32,000 bases of DNA from Rhodobacter capsulatus SB 1003 (GCF_000021865.1 NC_014034.1:450001-482000), one strand, 5' to 3'; counted from the stretch's first letter, positions 8,344 through 19,127 are shown. Notes: generated by a model from the sequence alone, not told the origin. Made by a program: numbers and translations.

Positions 8344-9243
8344 TCAGTTCGCGGCCCCGGCCTTCCGTGCCGCCTCGACCGCGGCGGCGTGCTGCTGCGC
8401 TTCCAGCACCGCCGGATCGGTGATCTGACCGGCGGCCCAGGCGGCCTCATCGGCGGCGATCAGCTCGACCTCGGCCTCGGGCACGACATAGCCGGTGTGC
8501 AGCTCGTGCATCGGCCCTTCCAGCTCCAGGCTTTCGGCCAGGCTGCGGACCTTGACCCGCGTTCCCAGCGGCGCCTCGTCGAACATGTCGATGATGTCCT
8601 GGTTGAACAGCCGGATGCAGCCCGCCGAAGTGGCCTTGCCGATCGAGCTTGGGTCCATCGTGCCATGGATGCGGTAATAGGTGTCGCGGCCGTTGCGGTA
8701 AAGATAGAGCGCCCGCGCGCCAAGCGGGTTGTCCAGCCCGCCGTCGAGCCCGCCCGCGAGCGGTCCGTAAAGCGCGGGATCGGCGCGGACCATCCGCGCT
8801 GTGGGTTGCCAGGACGGGTAGATTTCCTTGCGGCCCACCACCGCCGCGCCCGAGAAGCCCCGGCCCGCCTTGCCCACGGCAATGCCGAAGCGCATCGCCT
8901 TGCCCGGTTCGACGACGTGGTAAAGCACCCGCGCATAGGGATCGATGACGATCGTGTCCTTGCCCTCGGGGCCCGCATATTCGACCCAGCGGCGGCGGTT
9001 GCGTTCGGTCAGATAGACCGGGTTCACCGCAGGCACGACGCGTTCGCCGTCGGGACGGGCCTGATATTCGGGTGGCACCCCCCGCAGCGCGGGCGCATTC
9101 GCGGCCTTGGGATCGGCGGCGCAGCCCGCCAGCAGCGCAAGGGTGAGACAGCCCGCAAGCGGGGCACGGAAGGCAAGCGGAAGACGGGACACGGGGCAGC
9201 ACCTGTCGAGAAATGAGCGAATCCCCGCTGGTGCGGAGAACAT
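8344..9243 (-). CDS. L,D-transpeptidase (YkuD domain), predicted lipoprotein
   Basis: It has the catalytic region YRIHGTMDPSSIGKATSAGCIRLFNQDIIDMF (H...SxGCIR) and the lipobox LLAGCA. The ATG at 9243 is the longest start. A GTG at comp. 9190-9192 (VSRLPLAF...) with AGG upstream is an equally plausible start. Confidence 0.85.
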   Translation of the reverse strand: MFSAPAGIRSFLDRCCPVSRLPLAFRAPLAGCLTLALLAGCAADPKAANAPALRGVPPEYQARPDGERVVPAVNPVYLTERNRRRWVEYAGPEGKDTIVIDPYARVLYHVVEPGKAMRFGIAVGKAGRGFSGAAVVGRKEIYPSWQPTARMVRADPALYGPLAGGLDGGLDNPLGARALYLYRNGRDTYYRIHGTMDPSSIGKATSAGCIRLFNQDIIDMFDEAPLGTRVKVRSLAESLELEGPMHELHTGYVVPEAEVELIAADEAAWAAGQITDPAVLEAQQHAAAVEAARKAGAAN

Positions 9244-9333
9244 GAGCGTCGATCAGGGGGTGGTGGTGCCCCAAGGTCAAGCCCTCGCGTGGTTGTGATC
9301 GCAAAAACCGTGAAATTTCCGCTGGCTGTGGCG

Positions 9334-9356
9334 AAAGGGGCGGCCTCTGCCGCCCC
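9334..9356 (-). terminator. Candidate intrinsic terminator after the creatinase gene
   Basis: GGGGCGGC-ctct-GCCGCCCC (9337-9356): 8-bp GC stem, 4-nt loop, 8 nt after the creatinase stop. It is followed on the minus strand by a short tract TTTCGCC. Confidence 0.45.
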
Positions 9357-9364
9357 CGCCGGGG

Positions 9365-10570
9365 TCATCCGACGACGTTGAAGCCGGGGCCATAGGGATA
9401 TTTGGTGATGTCCTCGGCGCCGGTTTCGCCGATCACCAGAATGTCGTGTTCGCGGTAGCCGCCCGCGCCGGGCAGGCCCTCGGGCAGGGTCAGCATCGGC
9501 TCCATCGAAATCACCATGCCGGGTTCCAGAACGGTGTCGATGTCCTCGCGCAGCTCCAGCCCCGCCTCGCGACCGTAGTAATGCGACAGCACGCCGAAGG
9601 AATGGCCATAACCGAAGGTGCGATACTGCAGCAGGTCGCGCTCTGCGAAGAAGGCGTTGATCTTCTGCGTCACCTCGGAGCAGACGGCGCCCGGCACCAG
9701 AAGCGACATGCCGTAGTCATGCGCGGCCACGTTCGCCTCCCAGATCTTCAGGCTGGCCGGATCGACCTCGCCCAGAAACATCGTGCGTTCGAGCGCGGTG
9801 TAATAGCCCGAGATCATCGGGAAGCAGTTCAGGCTGAGAATGTCACCGCGTTTCAGCACCCGCCCGGTCACCGGATTGTGCGCGCCGTCGGTGTTCAGCC
9901 CGGACTGGAACCAGACCCAGGTGTCGCGATATTCGGCCTCGGGGAAGCGCCTGGCGATTTCCGCCTCCATCGCGTCGCGGCCCGCCATCGCCACGTCGAT
10001 CTCGCGAATCCCTTCCTTGATCGTGTCGCGGATCGCAAAGCCGCCGACATCGGCCACCGCGGCGCCGTGGGTGATCAGGGCGATCTCGGCCTCGGATTTC
10101 ACCAGCCGTTGCGTCATCGTCGCGGGGGCGATGTCGAGGCCGCGTTTCGGTTTCAGGAAATGGCTGAACTTTTCCGCATTCAGCATCGTCAGGTGATCGG
10201 CCTCGCAGCCGACCGCCTTGCCGGTGCCTATGACATGGACGACGGCGCGCCAGTAATTGTCGCGCGCCCAGTCGGTATAGGTCAGGCTTTCGCCATGGCA
10301 GCGCCGCCAGGGCTGCCCGGCGTCGATCCCGGCCGAGATCACCACGGAGCGGTCGCGCGTCACCACCAGCCCGTAGGGGCGGCCGAAGCTGCAGTAAAGA
10401 AAGCCCGAGTAATAGGCGATGGTGTGCATCGAGGTCAGCAGCACGGCGTCGAGGCTGTGCAGCTCCATGATGTCGCGCAGGCCCGCCAGGCGGGTCTCGT
10501 ATTCCTCGGCCGCGAAGGGCAGCGCCGCCTTGGGGCCGTTTTCGCAGGTGTAGAATTCGGGTCTTTGCAT
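9365..10570 (-). CDS. Creatinase (creatine amidinohydrolase), M24 pita-bread fold
   Basis: ORF 9365..10699 trimmed to ATG at comp. 10568-10570, with AGGA 7 nt upstream. From memory it is collinear with Pseudomonas putida creatinase in long blocks: YYSGFLYCSFGRPYGLVV, DAGQPWRR, YTDWARDNY, WFQSGLNTDGAHNPVT, KGDILSLNCFPMISGYYTALERT, LQYRTFGYGHSFGVLSHYYGREAGLELREDIDTVLEPGMV-SMEPM, LPEGLPGAGGYREHDIL. 401 aa. Confidence 0.9.
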   Translation of the reverse strand: MQRPEFYTCENGPKAALPFAAEEYETRLAGLRDIMELHSLDAVLLTSMHTIAYYSGFLYCSFGRPYGLVVTRDRSVVISAGIDAGQPWRRCHGESLTYTDWARDNYWRAVVHVIGTGKAVGCEADHLTMLNAEKFSHFLKPKRGLDIAPATMTQRLVKSEAEIALITHGAAVADVGGFAIRDTIKEGIREIDVAMAGRDAMEAEIARRFPEAEYRDTWVWFQSGLNTDGAHNPVTGRVLKRGDILSLNCFPMISGYYTALERTMFLGEVDPASLKIWEANVAAHDYGMSLLVPGAVCSEVTQKINAFFAERDLLQYRTFGYGHSFGVLSHYYGREAGLELREDIDTVLEPGMVISMEPMLTLPEGLPGAGGYREHDILVIGETGAEDITKYPYGPGFNVVG

Positions 10571-10965
10571 GATCTGTCCTTTGGGCCCGTGGGACCCCGA
10601 AAGATCCCGGCGTTCAGGACGTAAGCGGGGGCACCCCCGCAAGCATCGGGCCATGCCCGGTGGCGACGCCATCGCCACGGCTCTGGGGAAGCATGCCAAA
10701 GGGGAAAGCCGCTGGCAAGGGGCGGCGATGTGCCGGGTTCGGGCGGATCAGGAAAAGCACCGTTTTTCCCCGCCCGTCGGCGCAACGGCTGTTCCGCGAC
10801 CGTGTCCTCAAGCGTGACAGAGGCCGGCGCCCGGCCCGGCGGGCGAGAAGCGCCCGCCATGGGCGGGGCGGGCGCTGGCCGGGGGCCTTTGGGCCCCGGC
10901 GGGTCTTGCTGCAGATGTCCCGCGCAGGGCCGCGTCACGTGCCGCGGCCCGATCTCGCGGCGGGA

Positions 10966-14034
<3,069 letters not shown>

Positions 14035-14044
14035 CCCGCGGCCC

Positions 14045-15157
14045 TCAGTTTCCGCCCACGCCGGGCAGGGATTGCGAATTGTCGATCGTGACCGTCGCGC
14101 CCGAGGACAGCTTGTTCTGCCCCGCGTTCACCACCTGATCCCCCGATTGCAGCCCGGTGCGGATCTCGACCTTGTCGTCGAAATGGCGGCCGACCTTGAT
14201 GAAGACCTGCCGGGCATGCAGCTCGGCCGTGTCCGATCCTTCGGCCTTTTCCTCGCGCACGACAAAGACGCTGTCGCCGTAAAGGCTTGAAGACACCACC
14301 GTCTGCGGCAGCGCGATCACGTCCTTTTCCACCGGCAGCGCCACGCGCACCCGCAGGAACTGGCCGGGGGTCAGCTTTTCACCCTCGTTCGGCACGTCGG
14401 CGCGCAGCGTCACCAGCCGCGAATTCGGGTCGATCTTCGGCTCGATGCCGGTGATCTTGCCCTCGGCCGAGACATCGCCGACTTCCGAGGTCACGGTGAC
14501 CGACATCCCGGGCGAGACCAGCGCGGCCTCGCTTTCGGTCAGGGTGAAATCGACCCGCATCCGCGACCGGTCCTGCAGCGTCGCAAAGACGGTGCCCGCC
14601 GCCACATAGGAGCCGATCTCGATCTGCGGAATCCCGATCGTGCCGGCAAAGGGCGCGGTCAGCTGCTTGGTCGAAAGCGTCGCTTCCAGCTTCGCCACGG
14701 TGGCGCGGGCCTCGATCGCCGCGGCCTCCGCCTCATCCAGCGCCGAGGTCGCCGACACGCCCTTTTGCCGCAATTCCTTCGCCCGGGTCAGCGCGGTTTC
14801 GGCCAGCGTCAGCGCGGCCCGCGCCGAGTCCAGATCGGCGCGCTCCTGACGGTCGTCGATCTGCACCAGCGCCTGACCCTTTTCGATGCGGTCGTTCGCG
14901 GCAAAGCGGATCTCGCGCACGATGCCCGCGGCTTCGGTCGCCAGATCGGTGCCCTGCACGGCGGCGGCGGTGCCGATGGCTTCCAGCCCCGGCTGCCAGT
15001 CGGCCGCGACCACCTGCGTCACCGAAACGGCGACCGGCGGGGCCTTCATGTTGGCAAAGATGCCGGCGATCATCTTGCCGACGAAGAGGTTGTAGCCGAT
15101 GATGCCCCCCGCCACGATGACAAGGGCGACAATGGCGATGAGCAGACGTTTGATCAT
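14045..15157 (-). CDS. RND efflux periplasmic adaptor (membrane fusion protein)
   Basis: ORF 14045..15385 trimmed to ATG at comp. 15155-15157, with GGAG 8 nt upstream. It has an N-terminal TM anchor MIKRLLIAIVALVIVAGGIIGY, a coiled-coil hairpin (ADLDSARAALTLAETALTRAKELRQKG...) and a beta-barrel/lipoyl pattern. 370 aa. Confidence 0.9.
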   Translation of the reverse strand: MIKRLLIAIVALVIVAGGIIGYNLFVGKMIAGIFANMKAPPVAVSVTQVVAADWQPGLEAIGTAAAVQGTDLATEAAGIVREIRFAANDRIEKGQALVQIDDRQERADLDSARAALTLAETALTRAKELRQKGVSATSALDEAEAAAIEARATVAKLEATLSTKQLTAPFAGTIGIPQIEIGSYVAAGTVFATLQDRSRMRVDFTLTESEAALVSPGMSVTVTSEVGDVSAEGKITGIEPKIDPNSRLVTLRADVPNEGEKLTPGQFLRVRVALPVEKDVIALPQTVVSSSLYGDSVFVVREEKAEGSDTAELHARQVFIKVGRHFDDKVEIRTGLQSGDQVVNAGQNKLSSGATVTIDNSQSLPGVGGN

Positions 15158-15207
15158 GGGCGGCTCCGCAGTCGGGACGTGAACAGGCGCGACGCAACGC
15201 CACGCAT

Positions 15208-15239
15208 CCCCGCTCGAACGCGCTCGGAGCGGGGTTTTT
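15208..15239 (+). terminator. Terminator-like hairpin plus T5 on the plus strand, with no plus-strand gene upstream
   Basis: CCCCGCTC (15208-15215) pairs with GAGCGGGG (15227-15234), with an 11-nt loop, followed by TTTTT (15235-15239). It sits about 50-80 nt upstream of the minus-strand RND adaptor start. On the minus strand the tract is A5 before the stem, so it is not a terminator in that direction. Confidence 0.35.
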
Positions 15240-15443
15240 CGAGGCTCAACATGTGGTGCGAAAAGCCGAAAGACAAGCCACAGGATTCCTGCAATTCCGC
15301 ACAGTTGCCCCGCCGCCCCGGTTTCGCCCGAAACAGCGCCGCACCGCCCCCCTGCCACGGCGCAAGCGCTGCCCCAACGGGGCATCTTAACGCGTGATTA
15401 ACCATGATGTGACAGGCTGCACCGGTGCCATCCGGAGGTCGCG

Positions 15444-15843
15444 ATGCTGTCCGAGCCGATTGCCCCCCGTCATCCTGCCGCGGCCGCGGCCGCGCCCGGC
15501 CTGTCGCCGCGCGGCTTCGGGTGCCGCTGCTGTTCGTGCTGGTGCTGGCGGTGCTGCTGTCGGCCTGCGGCGCCTCGCCGCGCCGCCGTTCTTTGGCGCC
15601 ACCCGGCACGATGTCACGCTGCAGGGCATCCGTTTCGCGGTTCTGCTCAAGAACGAAAACGCCGAGGTGATCCGGCTTGGCTATCTGTCCCGGGCCGAAC
15701 GTCGGCCGGTGCCGGGGCTGATGGTCCTTGCGGCCGAACAGGCCTCGGGCTGCAAGGTCGCCGGGCCTGCCGCCGGGATCTATCGCTCGCCCTCGCTGCC
15801 CGGCGACACCGGGGAGGCGCGGTTCCAGCTGAAATGCCCGTGA
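15444..15843 (+). pseudogene. Small lipoprotein-like gene split across reading frames (frameshifted, or affected by sequence errors)
   Basis: The best start signal is GGAGG-6 nt-ATG at 15444 (frame 0). A textbook lipoprotein signal, RVPLLFVLVLAVLLSACGASP, lies in the frame of ORF 15425..15670 (about nt 15518-15580). The G/C3-rich mature part, FFGATRHDVTLQGIRFAVLLKNENAEVIRLGYLSRAERRPVPGLMVLAAEQASGCKVAGPAAGIYRSPSLPGDTGEARFQLKCP, lies in the frame of ORF 15394..15843. In that last frame the signal-peptide stretch reads GCT GCT GTT CGT GCT GGT..., with T-ending codons atypical of this genome. Confidence 0.4.
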
Positions 15844-15963
15844 CTGCGGCGTCCTGTCGCAGCCGGACAAGCGGTCCGCGTCGCGCGATCTGACCCAGAT
15901 CAAGGCCGGAACATCTGCAAACATATCTTCCTTTGCATGGAACGCGCTGCACCGGAGGATCCC

Positions 15964-16146
15964 ATGACCCGCCTTTTCGGCATCATCTACGCGCTTGTCG
16001 GCCCGACCGTGGCCGGCGTCCTCATCGTCGTGGCGCTGACGATGAACATGTATGACATGAAAACGATGATCTATGCCGCCGTCATCGGCTTTGTCGCGGC
16101 CCTTCCTGTCGCCTGGATCGTGGCGGGCAAGATCAACGACGCGTGA
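15964..16146 (+). CDS. Small two-TM membrane protein (60 aa), function unknown
   Basis: ORF 15937..16146 trimmed to ATG 15964, with GGAGGA 5 nt upstream. MTRLFGIIYALVGPTVAGVLIVVALTMNMYDMKTMIYAAVIGFVAALPVAWIVAGKINDA has two hydrophobic helices. Confidence 0.55.
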   Translation: MTRLFGIIYALVGPTVAGVLIVVALTMNMYDMKTMIYAAVIGFVAALPVAWIVAGKINDA

Positions 16147-16213
16147 CCCCGGACAGATCGGGCGCGGGGGCGGGGTTGGGAAGGAGCCGCCCCTGCGCTG
16201 ATCTATCCGCTTG

Positions 16214-16258
16214 CGGGGCAGGGTGGGCTGTGCAAGCCTTTCCTGCCCCGTTTCATTT
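16214..16258 (+). terminator. Stem-loop plus U-rich tract between the small membrane protein gene and the cytochrome b561 gene
   Basis: CGGGGCAGG (16214-16222) pairs with CCTGCCCCG (16242-16250), followed by TTTCATTT (16251-16258). It is preceded by a second 12-bp stem at 16162-16173/16187-16198 (one G-U pair). It ends 14 nt before the AGGAGG (16272-16277) of the next gene. Confidence 0.4.
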
Positions 16259-16282
16259 CCGGAAACCCGCCAGGAGGTCCCC

Positions 16283-16771
16283 ATGCCCGTTTCCCAAGGA
16301 TACAGCCGCACCCAGATCCTGCTGCACTGGGCGGTTGCCGTTCTGATCATTCCGCAATTCCTGTTGGGCGAGAACATCGCCGAGGCTTTCGGCAAATGGA
16401 TGTCGAGCGAGCCCACCCCCTTCAACCCGGCCGTGGTCTTCCATGTGATGACCGGCCTGACGATCTGTGCGCTGGTGATCTGGCGTCTGGTGCTGCGCCT
16501 GCGCCACGGCGCGCCCGCGGCGCTTGATTCGGGCAGCCCGGTGATGAACAAGGTCGCCTCGGGCGTGCAGCACACGATGTATCTGGTGCTGATCCTGATG
16601 GTGGTCAGCGGCGGCACCGCCTGGTTCGGCCTGGTCGGCCCGGCGGCGGGCGTGCACAACGTCCTGAAACTTGTGCTGCTGCTGTTGATCCTGATCCATG
16701 TCGCCGGTGCGGTGAAGGGTCAGTTCGTGCTGAAGAACGGCATCATCCGCCGGATGATGAAAGCCGAATAA
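16283..16771 (+). CDS. Cytochrome b561 family protein (CybB-like, PF01292-type)
   Basis: ORF 16211..16771 trimmed to ATG 16283, with AGGAGG 5 nt upstream. MPVSQGYSRTQILLHWAVAVLIIPQF... has four TM helices, with conserved His in LLHW, FHVMTG, VQHTMY and LIHVAG, as in dihaem cytochrome b561. Confidence 0.85.
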   Translation: MPVSQGYSRTQILLHWAVAVLIIPQFLLGENIAEAFGKWMSSEPTPFNPAVVFHVMTGLTICALVIWRLVLRLRHGAPAALDSGSPVMNKVASGVQHTMYLVLILMVVSGGTAWFGLVGPAAGVHNVLKLVLLLLILIHVAGAVKGQFVLKNGIIRRMMKAE

Positions 16772-16774
16772 GGC

Positions 16775-17557
16775 TCAGCGGCGCAGGAAATCTTCCACCG
16801 CCGCTTCCACCTCGCGCGGGCGCTCGGCATGCAGCCAATGGCCCGCGCCTGTCACAGAGTGCAGATCCGCGCGCGGAAACAGCGCGCGGATTTTTTCGTG
16901 GCTCTCGGGGCGGACGTAATTCGAGGCCGCGCCGTAAAGAAAGAGCGCCGGGCCATGGAAGGGCCTGGCCCCCGCGGGCAGCGGCTCGGGCCAGTCGAGG
17001 ATCGCGGCAAGGTTCGCCGCCAGCGCCCGCAGGTTGAACTTCCAGCGCACCGGCCCCTCGCGCAATTCGAGCGATTGCAGAAGGAACGCCCGGGTGCCCG
17101 GGTCTTGCACCGTTTCCGCCAGCCGCCGGTCGGCTTCGCTTCGCGTCGTCAGATCCTCGAGCTTCATCGCCTCCATCGCCGCGATCAGCCCGCCATGCGC
17201 CGCGCCGTGGCCGTAAGCCACCGGGGCCATGTCGGCCACCACCAGCCGCTCGACCAGACCCGGCCGGGTCAGCGCAAGCATCATCGCCGCCTTGCCGCCC
17301 ATCGAATGGCCCATCACGTCGCAAGCCCGGCCCTGCGCTTCGATCACCGCGGCCAGATCGGCGGCCAGATCGGGGTAGCTGTGGCTGTCCGCCCAGAAAC
17401 TGTCGCCGTGATTGCGCAGATCCAGCGCCAGCACGCGCCGCCCGGCGGACAGACGTTTCGCGATCACGCCCCAGTTCCGACCCGAGCCGAACAGCCCCGG
17501 GGCGATCAGCAGCGGCGGAAGGGCGGTCTCGGGGCCATGGGCGGTGAAATTCAGCAT
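16775..17557 (-). CDS. Alpha/beta-fold hydrolase (YbfF-like esterase)
   Basis: 260 aa. It has the oxyanion region LLIAPGLFGSGRNW, the nucleophile elbow MGHSMGG, and a C-terminal GAGHWLHAERP with the catalytic His. Confidence 0.85.
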   Translation of the reverse strand: MLNFTAHGPETALPPLLIAPGLFGSGRNWGVIAKRLSAGRRVLALDLRNHGDSFWADSHSYPDLAADLAAVIEAQGRACDVMGHSMGGKAAMMLALTRPGLVERLVVADMAPVAYGHGAAHGGLIAAMEAMKLEDLTTRSEADRRLAETVQDPGTRAFLLQSLELREGPVRWKFNLRALAANLAAILDWPEPLPAGARPFHGPALFLYGAASNYVRPESHEKIRALFPRADLHSVTGAGHWLHAERPREVEAAVEDFLRR

Positions 17558-17594
17558 GGACCGGATCTAGCGCGCGGACGGCGCCCGGACAATG

Positions 17595-17619
17595 AAAAAG
17601 GCCCCCGAAACCGGGGGCC
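17595..17619 (-). terminator. Intrinsic terminator of glyA
   Basis: GGCCCCCG-aaac-CGGGGGCC (17600-17619): 8-bp stem, 4-nt loop, 20 nt after the glyA stop. It is followed on the minus strand by TTTTTC (plus-strand A-run 17595-17599). Confidence 0.75.
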
Positions 17620-17639
17620 CTTCCGATCTGATGACCTGC

Positions 17640-18932
17640 TCAAAGCGCCGGATAAAGCGGGAATTTCGCACAAAGCGCCGAGACTTCCGCCCGGACTTCG
17701 GCCTCGACGGCGTCATTGCCCTCTTCGCCATTCGCGGCCAGCCCGTCGACGACCTTGATGATCATCCGGGCGATCTGGCGGAATTCTTCTTCCTTGAAGC
17801 CGCGGGTGGTGCCCGCGGGCGTGCCCAGACGGATGCCCGAGGTCACGGTGGGCTTTTCCGGGTCGAACGGGATGCCGTTCTTGTTGCAGGTGATATGCGC
17901 GCGGCCCAAGGCCTTGTCGGTGGCGTTGCCCTTCACCCCTTTCGGGCGCAGGTCAACGAGCATGACGTGCGTATCGGTGCCGCCGGTGACGATATCGAGA
18001 CCGCCCTTCATCAGCTCATCGGCCAGCGCCTGCGCGTTGGAGATGACCTGCTGCGCATAGACCTTGAACTCGGGGCGCAGCGCTTCGCCAAAGGCCACGG
18101 CCTTGGCGGCGATCACATGCATCAGCGGCCCGCCCTGAATCCCCGGGAAGATCGCCGAATTGACCTTTTTCGCGATCTCTTCGTTGTTCGTCAGGATCAT
18201 GCCGCCGCGCGGACCGCGCAGGGTCTTGTGGGTGGTCGTCGTCGCCACATCGGCAAAGGGGAAGGGCGAGGGATGCGCGCCACCCGCCACCAGACCCGCA
18301 AAATGGGCCATGTCCACCATCAGATACGCGCCGACGCTGTCGGCGATCTCGCGGAATTTCGCGAAATCGATCTGCCGCGGAATCGCCGAGCCGCCCGCGA
18401 TGATCAGCTTCGGATTGTGCTCTTTCGCCAGACGGGCGACCTCGTCGTAGTCGATCCGGCAATCCTGCTGACGCACGCCATATTGCACGGCGTTGAACCA
18501 TTTGCCCGACTGGTTCGGCGCCGCGCCATGGGTCAGGTGCCCGCCCGAGGCAAGGTTCATGCCCAGGATGGTGTCACCCGGTTTCAAAAGCGCGTTGAAC
18601 ACGCCCTGGTTCGCCTGGCTGCCCGAATTCGGCTGCACGTTGGCAAAGGAACAGCCGAACAGCTCGCAGGCGCGCGAAATCGCCAGATCTTCGGCGACAT
18701 CGACGAACTGGCAGCCGCCATAGTAGCGCTTGCCCGAATAGCCCTCGGCATATTTGTTCGTCATCACCGAGCCCTGCGCTTCCATCACCGCGGCAGAGAC
18801 GATGTTTTCCGAGGCGATCAGCTCGATCTCGTCGCGCTGGCGGCCAAGTTCGCCACGGATGGCGGCGAAAAGCGCGGGGTCACGGCTGGAAAGGGTCTCG
18901 GTAAAGAACCCGGCGTCGCGTTGATCGGTCAT
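17640..18932 (-). CDS. glyA: Serine hydroxymethyltransferase
   Basis: This is the C-terminal 430 codons of the 1004-aa track ORF, starting at ATG comp. 18930-18932: [46 protein letters not shown]...[14 protein letters not shown]... with the PLP-lysine motif [14 protein letters not shown]. Confidence 0.97.
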   Translation of the reverse strand: MTDQRDAGFFTETLSSRDPALFAAIRGELGRQRDEIELIASENIVSAAVMEAQGSVMTNKYAEGYSGKRYYGGCQFVDVAEDLAISRACELFGCSFANVQPNSGSQANQGVFNALLKPGDTILGMNLASGGHLTHGAAPNQSGKWFNAVQYGVRQQDCRIDYDEVARLAKEHNPKLIIAGGSAIPRQIDFAKFREIADSVGAYLMVDMAHFAGLVAGGAHPSPFPFADVATTTTHKTLRGPRGGMILTNNEEIAKKVNSAIFPGIQGGPLMHVIAAKAVAFGEALRPEFKVYAQQVISNAQALADELMKGGLDIVTGGTDTHVMLVDLRPKGVKGNATDKALGRAHITCNKNGIPFDPEKPTVTSGIRLGTPAGTTRGFKEEEFRQIARMIIKVVDGLAANGEEGNDAVEAEVRAEVSALCAKFPLYPAL

Positions 18933-19127
18933 GGGCAACTCCAAAGGCAAAGGTCGTGGTCCGTTTATCGCAGAATTCCCCGCCCCGAAAGCGCCCAAAG
19001 CGACAAACGGGCAATTTGGCGCGTCACGCCCCGGTGACACCGGCCGGGCCGGAAAGGGGGTCCGGCACCGAACGGGCTTGTCATTCCGGCCCCGGCTTGT
19101 CACACCAAGGAGAACCGGAGGCAGGCC

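Noticed and set aside
15251-15397. 48-codon plus-strand ORF (MWCEKPKDKPQDSCNSAQLPRRPGF...) with GAGG 6 nt upstream, just after the orphan terminator-like hairpin
   Set aside because: G/C at third positions is only about 70%, well below the near-saturated G/C3 bias seen by eye in the real genes here. The sequence is low-complexity and Pro/Ala-rich with no hydrophobic core. It most likely is a chance ORF in the spacer.
15154-16659. 501-aa minus-strand ORF spanning the 15.2-16.6 kb region
   Set aside because: It runs antisense through the lipoprotein-like gene, the small membrane protein gene and cytochrome b561. The composition is non-protein-like, whereas the plus-strand genes have proper RBS-ATG signals and G/C3 bias.
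18933-19127. Possible ZTP (pfl), THF or glycine riboswitch in the glyA leader
   Set aside because: Short resemblances exist (ACCGGGGCG on the minus strand, GGTCGTGGTCCG on the wrong strand). The conserved CCGCCUGGGC pseudoknot partner and other core elements I remember are absent, and no coherent two-subdomain fold could be drawn.
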